Source: Mytilus edulis (taxonomy: Eukaryota). From it: a stretch of DNA of 64,000 bases. Made by a program: the position numbers and the translations under genes. Positions 25,007 to 38,128 of the stretch are shown here, piece after piece (position 1 is the first letter of the stretch; each line of letters starts with the position of its first letter). The notes under the pieces are model-generated. The model searched no databases. It saw only the letters and a list, made by a program, of their open reading frames with translations, and was not told the DNA's origin. Where the stretch lies: assembly GCF_963676685.1 (NCBI RefSeq), contig NC_092345.1:33542001-33606000 (forward strand), read 5' to 3'.

Positions 25007-25265
25007 TTAATGACTTTATTGGTAGCATATACTTTATGATTTGTTTTAAATTCGTTGACATAACCCTGGTTCATCACAGATGAAACTCTTGAATAACGAA
25101 CGATTTGTAAAATTAATATCCCATATGCAGGTGAAGTTGGTATGTTGCTACTTAGGTTAAGGGGTGGAATTGGTAATTTCAAAATTAAAATCGTCTCTTT
25201 TGCCATAGAGTCTTGTACATTGAGATGACTGCTTATGTTTAATTTGAGGTATAAGTCTAAAAATG
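25007..25265 (-). mobile_element. Decayed Penelope-like RT fragment (copies at ~32141-32430 and ~62061-63440)
   Basis: FLDLYL...LSSNIPTSPAYGI..QIVRYSR..MNQGYV, homologous to the RT at 12988-13210. Confidence 0.65.
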
Positions 25266-25284
25266 ATGTTTAGACCAGACGGTA

Positions 25285-25582
25285 GCAGCAGTTTGTTGTT
25301 GACATTAACATTATGAAACAACATTGATCTGATAATTTTTCTGTAAATTTATTAATGTGTAATGTATTCTAAACATTTATAATTTGGATACCTAGAATAA
25401 TAAATGGCATTTGCTGTGTTTGGCACATTTGTTTTATTTATTTTCAAATTTTAATTCTCTACTTCTTTAAATTTATTTGATCTTCCGACTGTTTTGATTT
25501 GCGCGCCATTTATGAGTTTCGTGTAGACGAAACACGCATCCGTCATCTCCAATTATAAAGCCTGTATCGTTTATGACTTTTC
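25285..25582 (+). mobile_element. Fossil retrozyme monomer with a degenerate hammerhead (25501-25547)
   Basis: Collinear matches to the reverse complement of the 8652-9288 monomer: GTTGACAT, GCTGTGTTTGGCACA, GCGCCA-TTTATGA-GTTTCGTGTAGAC-GAAACACGCATC, AATTATAAAGCCTGTATCGTTTATGACTTTT. Confidence 0.65.
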
Positions 25583-25599
25583 TTCAAAAATGTTTTAAA

Positions 25600-25618
25600 C
25601 ATAATTTTTATTTTCCAG
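25600..25618 (+). promoter_or_regulatory. Putative 3' splice acceptor for the DUF229 coding exon
   Basis: TTTTTATTTTCCAG|G, 168 nt upstream of the ATG and conserved in unit 2 (41985-42001). It implies an upstream non-coding exon. Confidence 0.6.
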
Positions 25619-25786
25619 GTTATATTGAAAATCTGGATGCTTAGCTTAAACTGAACCAATCACGTAATTAACGCATGCATTTTCAAAGAAGAAATACTAA
25701 GTTGTATAGGAGATATCAATACAATTTGTTAATAATACAGTGAAAACAAAAGTGCATGAGCTCCAGACTCCAGTAGCAATCAGAAC

Positions 25787-27736
25787 ATGAGGGAACAAAG
25801 CATTTTCCTTTGTTTAATGTTTAAACTTTTAGTTTCCATATTAGTGTATTATGCATATTACCAGCATTTTGGGTTAGGCCAATACAAGGTTCAAGAATCA
25901 AACGAACGATTATTTACTCTAACTGAATTTAAAAATACCAGTGCCCCCTTTTTAGTAGATACTTCAGCTTGCAAAATTCCGTATATTGACCCATTTGATA
26001 AATCATTGAAACACATGTTCAGAAAAGGAACAGTCTTAAAGTGTGCTGTCGTAAATGATGTAGTATACTCGAATGGAAATACAATATTCATAAATTGGAA
26101 AGCTGTTAATAACTCGCAACTGAAAAATAGAATGAAATACTGCAAATATGAAGTCATTTGGAGGCCATATAATAAAAAGCGTCACCACAATTTTTTCATG
26201 TTTAAAAACGAAAGTAAAGAATTCGTTGATCGTATTGATATATCAAATGAATTCATTCGTGTTAAATGCTACACTGGAGGTGGTCTAGACGTGTATACAA
26301 ATTTCTTCTCTTTTGTTCATTTAAAAGCAGATGTTGAGGATCGATGTGAAAAAAATGCCATTAAGTTTGCAAACACACGACAAGAGCAGTTAAATGTTTT
26401 GATGATGGGTATTGATTCAATAGCTAGAAATAATATGCTACGCTATATGAAGGCAACTTGGAAATATTTAGTAAACACACACAATGCCATAGATTTACTT
26501 GGCTATAATAAAGTTGCTGATAACACTTTTCCAAATATAGTTCCGATGACAGCAGGAAAATTTGAAAATGAATTACCACGGAAAGAATCATTAAGGTGGC
26601 CGCCAATGGACAACTTTAATTTCATATGGAACAATTATTCTGCAAAGGGGTATAGAACTTTCTATGCTGAAGATCATCCCAATATAGCAACCTTTGATTG
26701 GCGGAAATCAGGATTTAATATACCTGCAGGAGATTACTTCAATAGACCTTTAAGTGTTGCTATGGAAAAAAATAAAAAGGTTTGGAATTCCAATCACTAT
26801 TGTGTACATGGGAGAACAGAAACTGATATAGTTCTAGACTATTTAAAGAAATATGCTACGATGTTTCAGTCTAAGCAACATTTTTCCTTCACATTTTTTT
26901 CAAGGCTCACACATGATTATCTCCACGAAACATATAAAGCAGATAAAATTTACCTTAAGTTTTTCAAAGACTTGTTTGAAAATGATATCTTAAAAAACAC
27001 AGTTGTATTCTTTTTCAGTGATCATGGAATGCGTTTTGGTCGTTTTAGAGAAACATTTGCTGGAAAATTGGAAGAACGTCTTCCTTTAATGCTGATTGTT
27101 TTTCCTTCATGGTTCATTAAAAAGTATCCAGAAGTTCACAGAAATTTGCAGATCAATGCAAGAAGACTTACAACTCCTTTCGATATTTTTGCCACATTAG
27201 AACATATTTTAAATTTCAATGGAATTGAGAAAAAGCAAGTGACAAAGCAACGATCAATGAGCTTATTTAATGAAATTCCCGAAAACAGAACTTGTGATGA
27301 AGCTGGTATCCTACCTCATTGGTGTACTTGTTCTAAACTCACAACATTAGATATTCAAAATAAGACAGTTATCAAAATTGGTCATGCTTTTGTATCTAAG
27401 ATTAACCAAAATTTAAGGCATTCTGTTGACGTTTGTGAAAAATTGTACTTGAAATCTATAAAATATGCTCTGCTTGCAATACCATCCGATAAAGTTATGC
27501 GATACGGAAAAAAGTATAAATATGGCGATCGCAATAAGTCTTATATTGATTATCAGATAACCATTCAAACAAAGCCAGGAGATGCTATCATTGAAGGGAC
27601 GTTACGGTTTGACGAGAAAAGAAAAACATATGACTTAGTAGGTGATGTCAGTCGAATTAATAAGTACGGTGACCAGTCACACTGTATTGAGCAAAATCAC
27701 CTTAAAAAACTTTGCTACTGTAAAATTCAACAGTGA
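25787..27736 (+). CDS. DUF229 family protein (alkaline phosphatase/sulfatase superfamily), predicted type II membrane ectoenzyme, 649 aa, single coding exon
   Basis: N-terminal hydrophobic anchor; CKIPYIDPFD; NVLMMGIDSIARNN; GYNKVADNTFPN; GYRTFYAED; SRLTHD; FFSDHGMRFG; LEERLP; RLTTPFDIFATL; RTCDEAGILPHWCTC; SRINKYGDQSHC...KLCYC. Confidence 0.93.
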   Translation: MREQSIFLCLMFKLLVSILVYYAYYQHFGLGQYKVQESNERLFTLTEFKNTSAPFLVDTSACKIPYIDPFDKSLKHMFRKGTVLKCAVVNDVVYSNGNTIFINWKAVNNSQLKNRMKYCKYEVIWRPYNKKRHHNFFMFKNESKEFVDRIDISNEFIRVKCYTGGGLDVYTNFFSFVHLKADVEDRCEKNAIKFANTRQEQLNVLMMGIDSIARNNMLRYMKATWKYLVNTHNAIDLLGYNKVADNTFPNIVPMTAGKFENELPRKESLRWPPMDNFNFIWNNYSAKGYRTFYAEDHPNIATFDWRKSGFNIPAGDYFNRPLSVAMEKNKKVWNSNHYCVHGRTETDIVLDYLKKYATMFQSKQHFSFTFFSRLTHDYLHETYKADKIYLKFFKDLFENDILKNTVVFFFSDHGMRFGRFRETFAGKLEERLPLMLIVFPSWFIKKYPEVHRNLQINARRLTTPFDIFATLEHILNFNGIEKKQVTKQRSMSLFNEIPENRTCDEAGILPHWCTCSKLTTLDIQNKTVIKIGHAFVSKINQNLRHSVDVCEKLYLKSIKYALLAIPSDKVMRYGKKYKYGDRNKSYIDYQITIQTKPGDAIIEGTLRFDEKRKTYDLVGDVSRINKYGDQSHCIEQNHLKKLCYCKIQQ

Positions 27737-29069
27737 AATGTCATTATCAGTCGATTTTATCCAAAGTTCATTAAAGCCAATTGTTCCATTAAGATCAGAT
27801 TTAACTAAATCAACTATTAGAACGGGTATCAAAGAAATTCCTTTCTATGCCAGATTTAAATCAATCAAAAGGCCAGCTCCGGGATACGGTTTTCAGACGA
27901 ATCTGTCATGTGACTTCCACCACCACGTGACCAAAAAGTATGCATAGAAAATTCCAACACATGTTGAGCAAACGGTTGAAAATGTTTTAATCTATACTGC
28001 ACAAAATATTAGGTAAATTAAAATCTGAAAGGATGGCTACCCACCCTCAGTCATACGGCAATCACGGTTATGTACTTACGGAACATTAATTATTTATATA
28101 CTACCCTACAGAATGACAATTATGAAAGTGCTGGAAACTTTTAAAAGATTTAAAAGAGCATGGACACATGCGCACATTCTATCTGGTAAATGCCGTCATA
28201 AAGGCGTGCGAAATTGACGATCTTTTCCGGTGAAAGACATGATTCTAGAAATGACCTATTGTCAATACATTTAAATATGGCAAATTATCACCCAACTTTG
28301 TTAATATATATATATAACAAGATGTGGTATAAGTGCCAATGAGACAACTCTTATACAAAGTCACAAAGTAGAAAATGTAGTAAATGTTAACAATAAAATT
28401 ATTTTATATCAAATTACGACCTTAAACTCGGAGCCTTACCCCAAACCGAACATCAAGCTATATATAAAAGGCCCTACAATAATAAATGTAAAACTATTCA
28501 AACAGGGAAAATTAACCTATGGCTTTGCTCATTGTTGAAGGCCCTCCAGTGACTATAGTTGTTAATTTCTTTGTCATTTGGTCTCTTGTGGAGAGTTTTC
28601 TTATTAGCAATCATACCACATCTTCATTTTTATATTAAATGCAGGGTTTATTACTCGTGCTGTGTTGATTCAGTAGGATGTGGCCCTTTGCTTTAAGTGT
28701 ACACCCTTATATTTTTACGATAGGGTTTTTTGTTTGTGAGAGAGTTGTCTACATGATTTTTGTGTTTTTTTTGTATATGTTTGTTTGTCTTGATATTGTA
28801 ACACAGTGATGACTGCAGTAACCATATTTTAACTATTTTACCGATTATGTCTCTTTTGTTCACGCAACGGAATTTGAGGCTACTGTCATAAAAATGAGAG
28901 GTTTAGCGCTATAAATCCAGGTTCAATACACCAATTTCTATATTTGTAAATGCCTATAACAAGTCTGGAATATGACAGTTGTTGTCCATTCGTTTGATGT
29001 GTTTTATCCTTTAATTTTGCCATTTGATAAGACAACTACGGACGCCAAGTGATGCTAACAGCATGTAAT

Positions 29070-29703
29070 TCACTCTTCTTTCTCCAGGAAACTAATCACA
29101 GATGTTAAGTTCTTGTTTGTTAATCTTATATGCAGATCAGTTAATAATAACTTTAAACCAGAGTTTCTGTTATGCCCTAATCTAAGATGAAGTAGAGGGA
29201 CACCATTTCTGGCCAACTTCGTCACTGCTGCTTATGACATCATTTTTTGTTGTAAAATTTCATCATATCTTTTCTTCACATCATGAAATATGTGGGAAAG
29301 GTCTTCATCAAGGACTTCCTTCTCTATTTTTTCTGACTATACTCTTACATCTTCTTTTGCATCATGCACTTGATATGTGCAGTTTGTAAGAAGTTTACTG
29401 ACGAGATTTTCCTGCTTGTAGTTGCCAACATCAGACTTTTGGAAGATTCTTTGTGAAATTTTCAGAGTGTGAACAAAACCAAAAACATGAGAAGAAAATT
29501 CTGAAAATAATTTGAATTCAGCCATTCTATTGCAAACAATGGGAATGTCAAAATTACAGGCATTGTGTCCTACAAGTACGGGTTGAGGGAATTTCTTTAA
29601 ATACTCAATAAAATCCAAAAGAGCTTCTTGTATTGGTTTTGATCAGACTGGAATACCTCTATGGAACATAGTATTTGTTCCCCTATCATATCTTAGCATA
29701 TTA
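29070..29703 (-). mobile_element. Truncated duplicate of the KolobokP-like DEDDh exonuclease 3' end
   Basis: Near-identical to 45398-46030 (PVLVGHNACNFDIP...HDAKEDV); cut off at the unit 1/2 junction. Confidence 0.8.
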
Positions 29704-32700
29704 CTGATGTGTTGATTCAGTAGGATTTGTCCCCGTGCCTTTAGTGTGTACCCTTATATTTTTACGATAGGGTTTTTTGCTTGTGAGAAAGTTGTCTACA
29801 TGATTTGTGTGTTTTTTGTATATGTTTGTTTAACCGTTTTTTTACAGTGTAGAAACTTATTAGATTATATACTGTAGTAAAAAATGATAAGCAATATGAA
29901 AGTTAATGAAAGTGAAAAGGTCAGGGCTAATCTAATTTGCTGTATTATAAATTGAAAAAAATCAAAGAGTTCAATATTTGTAATTGTAGCTTTTCTTATA
30001 AATAGTCAAGTTTGTCGTTTTGACATTGTATGCAGCATATGCTGATTGAAACGTTTTTGTAGCATTTTGATGAATGAATATCAGAAAATTTATCTTTTTT
30101 CCTTGTGGTTGTAATATTGATATTTTTATGCTTGACCTTTCACTCCAATTTGAGAAAAATGTGACCCCTCTGGGTACTCAATATATGATTAAGATGTGTG
30201 TTCTTCTGGTGCATTAAAGTTTTAACAAATGAAGTCTGGTTGCAGTACTAAAATGCTAGTTAAGATTATCATATCAAACACCCCCATTTTTTTTACCCTC
30301 CTTGAATTTCACGTGGCCATATGATATCCTGTTTATTCACTCTGTCATAACGTGTTTCTCGTTTCTCGTTTTTTTATATATACTAGACCGTGGGTTTTCT
30401 CGTTTGTATGGTTTTACACTAGTTATTTTGGGGCCCTTTAAAGCTTGTTGTTCGGTGTGAGCCAAGGCTCCGTGTTGAAGGCCGTACATTGACCTATAAT
30501 GGTTTCTTTTTTAGAATTGATATTAGGATGGAGAGTTGTCTCATTGGCACTCACACCACATCTTCCTATATCTATATAGAATTTAAAACGTAAAAACCAA
30601 ATTGGTCAAACTTTAAATAAAGTACTTCTATTTTTTAAATGATTTATCTGAAACCCGTGATAGGTATTTTCTATCATAACGATCAAAATGAAATTAGAAA
30701 ACAGTTGAATAAAATGATCAAATATAAACAGTAAGAACTTTGGATAATTTGATTGATTAACGTTAATCATGCAACATGTCCACATTACTATCCATACACG
30801 CTTTAACTTGTATTTACTCAACAGTTTATTGATTCTCCTAATATTATAAAATAATGTACTAGTAATTAAACATAGTGTGATCAAATTGATTAAAATTAAT
30901 TTATTTAGTACAAAAAACGAAATAAACGCTTACAAAATTTAAAATCTTGAAAAAAAACACAAATGAAAAGACAACGGTTATGAAAATTAACTAAATAATC
31001 GGTAGTATAACGCTGTTCAAAACGTTGATTTTGTTTATGTCTCAACATCTGTAAACACTGCACACTGTTCGTTTATATATCTGTTACACTGACATTTTCA
31101 TATCACCACATATATTGTACGGAAAAGTAATTTTTATAAATGTACAATTTCTACATTTAAACGTGAATCTGAATAAAAAAGTAGTATACGTATTTCAAAC
31201 AACATCCGATATTCTTTGCGTATCAGTCTGTACGGCTTTGGTATTGAGAGAGTTGAATGTATTGTATATAAAGTCAAAGGTAAATTACGAATTTTGTATT
31301 GTTTTAAAAAATATTTCTTTCTTTAAAATCGGTAATGCTACTATATTTGTCCTACCGGATTATTTAACTTGCTTTCATTAAATGCGAGTGCTTTCAACTC
31401 ATAATTTCTTGTTAATTTGACATATTGGTACTATTTGTAATGCTTTGTGTTATTTAATGTTTACCTATTAAGGGTTATATCTCGTCTCTATATTTAAAAT
31501 TATACCAGCTTTCATAAGTGCTTCAATTTTCTCCCCTGTTTCCGTACTATGAACAGCAACAATACTTATCTTGTAAAAGCAATTTCAAATATACTGAATA
31601 CCTTACAACAAAATTATTTTCATTTACCATTGTGCAATATTCTATTTGGCGAGATTTGGTTCAAGGTTATTTTTGCCTCCTGAAATTACCTAAGTTAGAA
31701 ACCTCAGTTTTTGTTCTGATTTCAGTAGTTGTCGTTTGTTGATGTGGTTCATGAGTTTCTTTTTTTCGTTTTTTATATAAATTAGACCGTTGAGTTTGCC
31801 GTTTGAATTGTACTCATTTATGGGGCCCCTGATAGCTTGCTGTTTGATGTGAGCTAAGGATCCATGTTGAAGTCCGTACTTTAATTTATAATGATTTTTC
31901 TTTTACAACCTGTGACTGGGATGGAGAGTTGTCTCATTGGCACGCATACCACATACCCTCTAATCTATGAGGATTTAACGAAAAGCAATATAGGGTGTTC
32001 AAATTGATTACGATGAATTTATGTTGTACGAAATATGTAATGAATATACCAGAATCATAGATACCAGTAGTAAAGTTTGGTACAACGTTGTTGGAAATAA
32101 TCTCATCATAGGTACCAGCATTTGAATTGTGAACGCCAAATTAATGACTTTATTGGTAGCATATACTTTATAATTTGTTTTAAATTCGTTGACATAACCC
32201 TGGTTCATCAAATTTTTGTTCAGGCACAGATGAAGCTCTAAACTCTTGAATAACGAACGATTTGTAAAATTAATATCCCATATGCAGGTGAAGTTGGTAT
32301 ATTGCTACTTAGGTTAAGGGGTGGAATTGGTAATTTCAAAATTAAAATCGTCTCTTTTGCCATAGAGTTGTGTACATTGAGATGACCGCTTATGATTAAT
32401 TCGAGGTATAAGTCTAAAAATGATGTTTAGAAGCCGTGTCTGTTGGTTCTCTTTTTTTTTTGTATCTGGAGGATATAATTATGAAACACAATTAGAAAAG
32501 TTTGGATTGTAAATGGAAAGAACATAATCAATTACTCTGACATTAGAGGATCTGGGTTCTTTATCCTTCTTTTTCCCCCTCTGGCATATAAAATTTAACT
32601 TAAAATAAATTTGTCTAACTCTCAAAACAATGCTTCTGTTTTTGAATAAATTATAAAAAAAACCGAGTTAGCTTTTTTTTGTATCATAACGATCAAAATG

Positions 32701-32839
32701 AAATGAAAACTGTTAAATAAAATTATCAAATATACACAGTAAATAAAGGCAACAGTAGTATACCGATGTTCAAACTCATAAATCCATGGACAAAAAACAA
32801 AATCGGGGTAACGAACTAAAACTGAGGGAAACGCATTAA

Positions 32840-35636
32840 AGACCAAACAGCCTATTGTTTATGCGCATCAGCTAACGCAACTTGGTAGTGACATAAAAGC
32901 TCTATGACGTTGTTTCTAGCAATGAAAAAACGTCAAATTATAACGTCCAATTTCGCGTTTTTCACGGATTCTAACATGGTGTACGCTACGTAGGTACGCT
33001 ACGTCTCCCAAGAAAAGAGGAACTATTATGCGTCGCGCTACTTTAACATCCTGTGGAGATTTAACACAAATGGACACATAAGATACTACACTATATTTAA
33101 CCTTCGTTCTAATAAAAATAATAAAATAAAATTTTGATCTCGACTTTTTGCATTTGCGTCGTTCTGCATTAACTTGTTTTTTATTCTTTCACATGCGTAG
33201 ATTTTGTCTTATATTTGCGTCGATCTGCATTTCATTTTTTTTCTTCTTCACTTGCGTAGATTTTGTCTTTGGTTTGCGCCGATTGTGTACAGGTAAGGTG
33301 AAAGGTTTTTTTTTGCCCGATTTATGGGCATTATGTTTTCTGGTCTGTGCGTCCGTTCGTTCGTCCGTCCGTCTGTCCCGCTTCAGGTTAAAGTTTTTGG
33401 TTGCAGTTTTTGGTTGCAGTTTTTGGTCAAGGTAGTTTTTGACGAAGTTGAAGTCATATCAACTTAAAACTTAGTAAACATGTTCCTTATGCAATGATCC
33501 TTCTAATTTTAGTGTCAATTTTTCAAAAATTAAAAAAAATGAGTATTCATAAGGTTAGGCCCATAAGCAAATATTCCTAAAAGTTTTGACATACTGGCAA
33601 CATGTGCATGTAACTGATGTCTGGATGATTCTCGTAAAATAATATCCGATCTTGCAATGAAGTTAAAATTTATTTATACTGCTTATTTGACAAAATCTTA
33701 TAGTAAAAATAAAATAAAATGATAACAAAGGGTCATTTTTGTTTGTCATTTGTTTCATTTCAAATTGTCTTAAGGAGAAATGATAAACATATTGTCTAAT
33801 CTCACTGAAGCTTACAGCTAATTTTCTAATGTATGTAGATCAACACTTTGGTTTGCCTGCTTGCTTTGTTTGTATATTCTGTATAATTATATTTTGATAA
33901 CGTCCAATTCAATTAAATAGCATGTATACAGGTTTACATACCTATATATAAAGATGTCAATCTTAATAACAGAGCTTGAGTAAACATTTATTAAGGAAGC
34001 CAACCAAAGTTTCACTCTACATGCACTAGGAATTTAGCTGTAAGGCAAAAAGTATTAATAAAACTAATACTCAGCGAATGTGAATGTGAATTAAAATCAA
34101 AATTTTCGGTGTTTAAAACTAAATTGTTGTAAGTTTAACTTATGACAAAAACAATTGCTCCAAGAATAATATCTTAAATAAAATCGCTCCCTTTCATTTA
34201 GCTACAACTGTGACCGGAAAGATTGAAAACAAATTTCGATTTTCAATGCCGGCAACAACCTTTTCTTTGTTTTAATTTCCAAAATGAGCAATTCAGATTT
34301 ATTATATTTTATCCTGTTGGAGAAATCTTACTTTGTAGTTTTCAACGGAAAATTATTTCTAAATTAATTTTTGAATCAAAAACTTTTTGTAATTTATATT
34401 TACTGTCTCGTTTATTGAAAATACATGAGGTAGTAATAAAAGGATTGTATTTTAAGATAGATGTATAACGTTTTGGAATCAAAAATTTCATTCATATATT
34501 ATACCTATAATTTTTATTTCCTAATATCTTAATTATTCTAAAATAATAAATTCACAAACTCGATGCAATAATTTCGAAACGTTCGTCCTAGGTCGGCAAA
34601 AATAATGGTATAAAGAACTCCTTCCATGCTTTTGTATGTCCGTCTTTCAACAGTACCGAATGAGTTCGTTACGGCAATCTTCTGAAATTGACGCGAAAAA
34701 GAAACAAGCACATCTAGTCTGGTATAGTCAAATACTCTGTAAGTTAACCAGTGCCATCTTTCATTTCTTTTTTTATTTTCAATCATTTTGCTTATGTGGG
34801 ACAGAGGACAAAGACATACTTTCCTAACAAAAGCGGCGTGAAAGGTTATTTTAAACAATTTTCCATTCCGACGGATGGTGTTTCTGAAGGTTAATATTGT
34901 GCGGCAACATCGTAAGATCTGATACTGACACATGCATTTAATCTCTTGTATTACCGGATAATAAAGTAGGTGAATATAGTTGTCATTCTTGGAAATTTAA
35001 ATGTAGGTTTCAAACGTCCAATTAATTGCGATTTTTTTTTTTCAAATAGTGCGCCAGCAAGGAAAGTTTGTACTATGACGTCAGATGCAATGTTCTGAAG
35101 AAACACAACTCTTTTCTTCAAAATGAACGAGAAAAAAACATGAAAATTACTTATAACTTTTTTGAAAGGTCGGTGACATACGCTTTTTATTGCTTTATTT
35201 TGAAGAGTACACATGGCACTTTCCTTCTTGAAATTATTATGAAGAAATCACTGGTAGATATTTTTTAATACTGGAAACGTTTTTCATTTTTACGTTTTAT
35301 TTTTGGCGGGAATGAAATAAATCATATTTTTAAAGATCAAAACAATACGAGTCTAAAACTCTTGAACCTGTATTTGATAGATACAAATCTACTGTTTAAC
35401 GTGAAACAAGAATTATGCTTGTAGGCTTGATATAAAGTATTTTTTGGAGAGTTTATATAACAAGCACATATTATGTTAATATTCGGGAAAACACGAAACT
35501 GAGGTTGCTATAGCGACAAAACTAAGTCGGTGACCCCGGATTTTTTTCTTCATATTTTGTTCCTGAAATCATGAAATACCTTCACACAAAATTTTAAGGA
35601 AAAATCACTGGTAGAAATGAATAGGCTGTTTGGTCT
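32840..35636. mobile_element. 2.8-kb non-autonomous Kolobok-type element, TTAA TSD
   Basis: Perfect 17-bp TIRs AGACCAAACAGCCTATT / AATAGGCTGTTTGGTCT flanked by TTAA. It is nested in a ~200-bp repeat (32741-35740) that is absent at ~63748. Confidence 0.85.
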
Positions 35637-35858
35637 TTAAATATAAGAGGAGAACAACGACACAACACTACAATGTAACACACACAAAAACGGACCAAGC
35701 AACAGACAAAATCCCACGAGAATAACAAATATAACATCATAAAAAACATAATTTTATTGATTAACGTTAATCATGCAGAATGTCCACATTACTATTCATA
35801 CACTCTATTTATATCGTGTACTTCCTTACCAGTTTATTGATTTTCCTCAGGTTATTAA

Positions 35859-36266
35859 GGTTTATGTATCCTTCTGTAGCCATTTTTGTACGAATTTTTC
35901 AAACCTCAATTGTATCAAAACTACAGATATAATAAATAATAGAGATAGGCCATTTAGTACATGTTCCAAGGGGAAACTTGATGCAAAGCATTATTTTTTA
36001 CTGTTCCATTGCATTTGATAGAAAAAGAGGACTTTGTGGCAAATAAATCAAGATTTTTATAGAAAATCCACAGCCTTTAATACAGAGATTTTTGTTATAA
36101 AATTTGAAACATAAATTACTCACTTGATTTTCTATGATGTGCTAGTGTTTATTTTTTACAAAAAGTTCTAAAAAGTTCTATCTCTATTATTTATTATATC
36201 TTTAGTTTGATACAATTGAGGTTTGAAAAATTCGTACAAAAATGGCTACAGAAGGATACATAAACC
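35859..36266. mobile_element. Kolobok-type MITE, TTAA TSD
   Basis: TIRs of about 60 bp (GGTTTATGTATCCTTCTGTAGCC...); TTAA at 35855-35858 and 36267-36270; empty site GGTTATTAAATAAAG at ~63857. Confidence 0.92.
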
Positions 36267-38128
36267 TTAAATAAAGTTAGTAAACATAGTGTAATCAAAT
36301 TGATTTCAATGAATTTATATTGTACAAAATATGTTGAACCCAATAAAAAAGTTTCAATTGTTAATGGAAAAAAAAACCATCAATAAATCTGAAAATGGCT
36401 TCTTAGATCTTCTTCCCCCCCCTCTGGGATAGACAATTCAACGTAAAAACCAAATTGGTCCAACTTTAACTAAAATACTTTTGTTTTTTTAAAAATGATT
36501 TATCTAAAAACTGAGTTATTTTTTCAATACAATGTAGAGTACTGTCGGGTATTTTCGACCAGAGGCAGTTTTCGACCACCAAACATTTCGGGAGCGATTT
36601 CATGCACGCGAGGCGTCGTTTCCGCATCGTTTCCGCGTGCAGATCTGCAGAACTAAATATTTGTCATGGAAGGTTATGTTAGCTGCAATTCACGGAAAGA
36701 AGTAGTAAGTTATATAATTTGTAACGGTTGTCGTGGAAAATCTCGCCATGATAAAAACAAGTATTACGTCATGTGTTAAAAAATATCTGTCTTTCAACAA
36801 ATGATTTTAGTAAAAAACACCTACTGTTCAAGCATGAAAACCTAATGACACTGTTCGCTAAATTCCTGGGAATAAAAATGAACACATAAATGAATAAATC
36901 AGACGCATTTTAAAAAATATTTTGCCGATAATCAACTTATATCCCTTTCACACGTATTTCGCCTATTTTCGACCAGTCTTGTATATTTTGTGTTACTATG
37001 GACGCTTTGTTTACGTTTTTCAAGGCTACAGTGACGTCACAATATGAATGACGTAACGAAATCGGGCACCTTGTATAGACAATGTCATAGTCAGAAGGAC
37101 AATGTTATCGCAATTGGAATGTCGAATACACTGTGATTGTATTTTTTTTTTACTAGCTGAAAATAAGAAAATCAAAACTTTATCTGAGCAACAAGATCAA
37201 AATGCAGTCTGCTTTTAAAGGATATTTTTTAGTCCAAACTTATTTTTTACCTCCGCGAAATCAAAGCAATTTGTCTACGTGTCAATAGAAAACCCGAAGA
37301 CGTTTATAAAATACTCCCTAAAAGATGGTGGACGGGAGGGGTTTGACAAGGGGTAGCAATCACCACTTCCCTTCTTTTAATATCAACTTGAGCTAACAAT
37401 CCCTTCCCTTTACTCCCTGTTCTCATTCCCCTTAACCCGACCCCCTTATTTTACTCCCAGTTACTCCCGATTATCGCCTCCCTTATCCCAGGGACCCCAT
37501 GTCCACCAACTCCTACCTGTTTTCTCTGTTGTGTTTGTTTTTCTCGTGGTGCACTTGGGTCACCTTCCAGGTTGTTAAAATTTAAATGTTTTTGTTAACT
37601 TTTTTTACTCTAAAAATGTACATGTATTAATATAATTAAGAAAGTGTGGTATGAGTGCCAATGAAACAACTCTCCACATTGTTTGTTTATATTATATTAG
37701 TATTTTCGAAAGTGTGTAATCATATTTGTATTTAATTTAATGCCTCAGTTGCTACAGGTTGGGGTTTTTTCTGTCTGTTTTATTTGCTTCATCTTTGTCC
37801 CGTAATATTCCAAATATCCTGTGTATGATAATTTCCTTCATTTAACTTGTCTGGGAAATGCAAAATGATCGGGTCTACTAAATTTGTATGTACATGTGCA
37901 AAATAAAATCGTATTGATACATGAAATAGATACATTTAAAAAGCGATAAAAACAGGATATTTTCAAGTATAAGTGATTTCCATTTAACCCCATTTCGTCT
38001 CGTTTATACATCCTTAAGTTAACGCCTGGATTAAGTTTCAATGAATACATGTATCATCGCGTCGGCACAATTTCTTGTTTAAGCAGGTTTTTACCTCACC
38101 CTTTTCTGCTTTCAGATTTTCAAATACA

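Larger units (their letters stand above)
15415..29703 (+). repeat. Segmental duplication unit 1 of the DUF229 tandem array
   Basis: Collinear with 51058-62313 (upstream part), 29831-32430 and 41645-46030. Confidence 0.9.

Noticed and set aside
34538-35268. Short ORFs inside the Kolobok-type element as THAP/KolX genes
   Set aside because: No convincing motif could be read.
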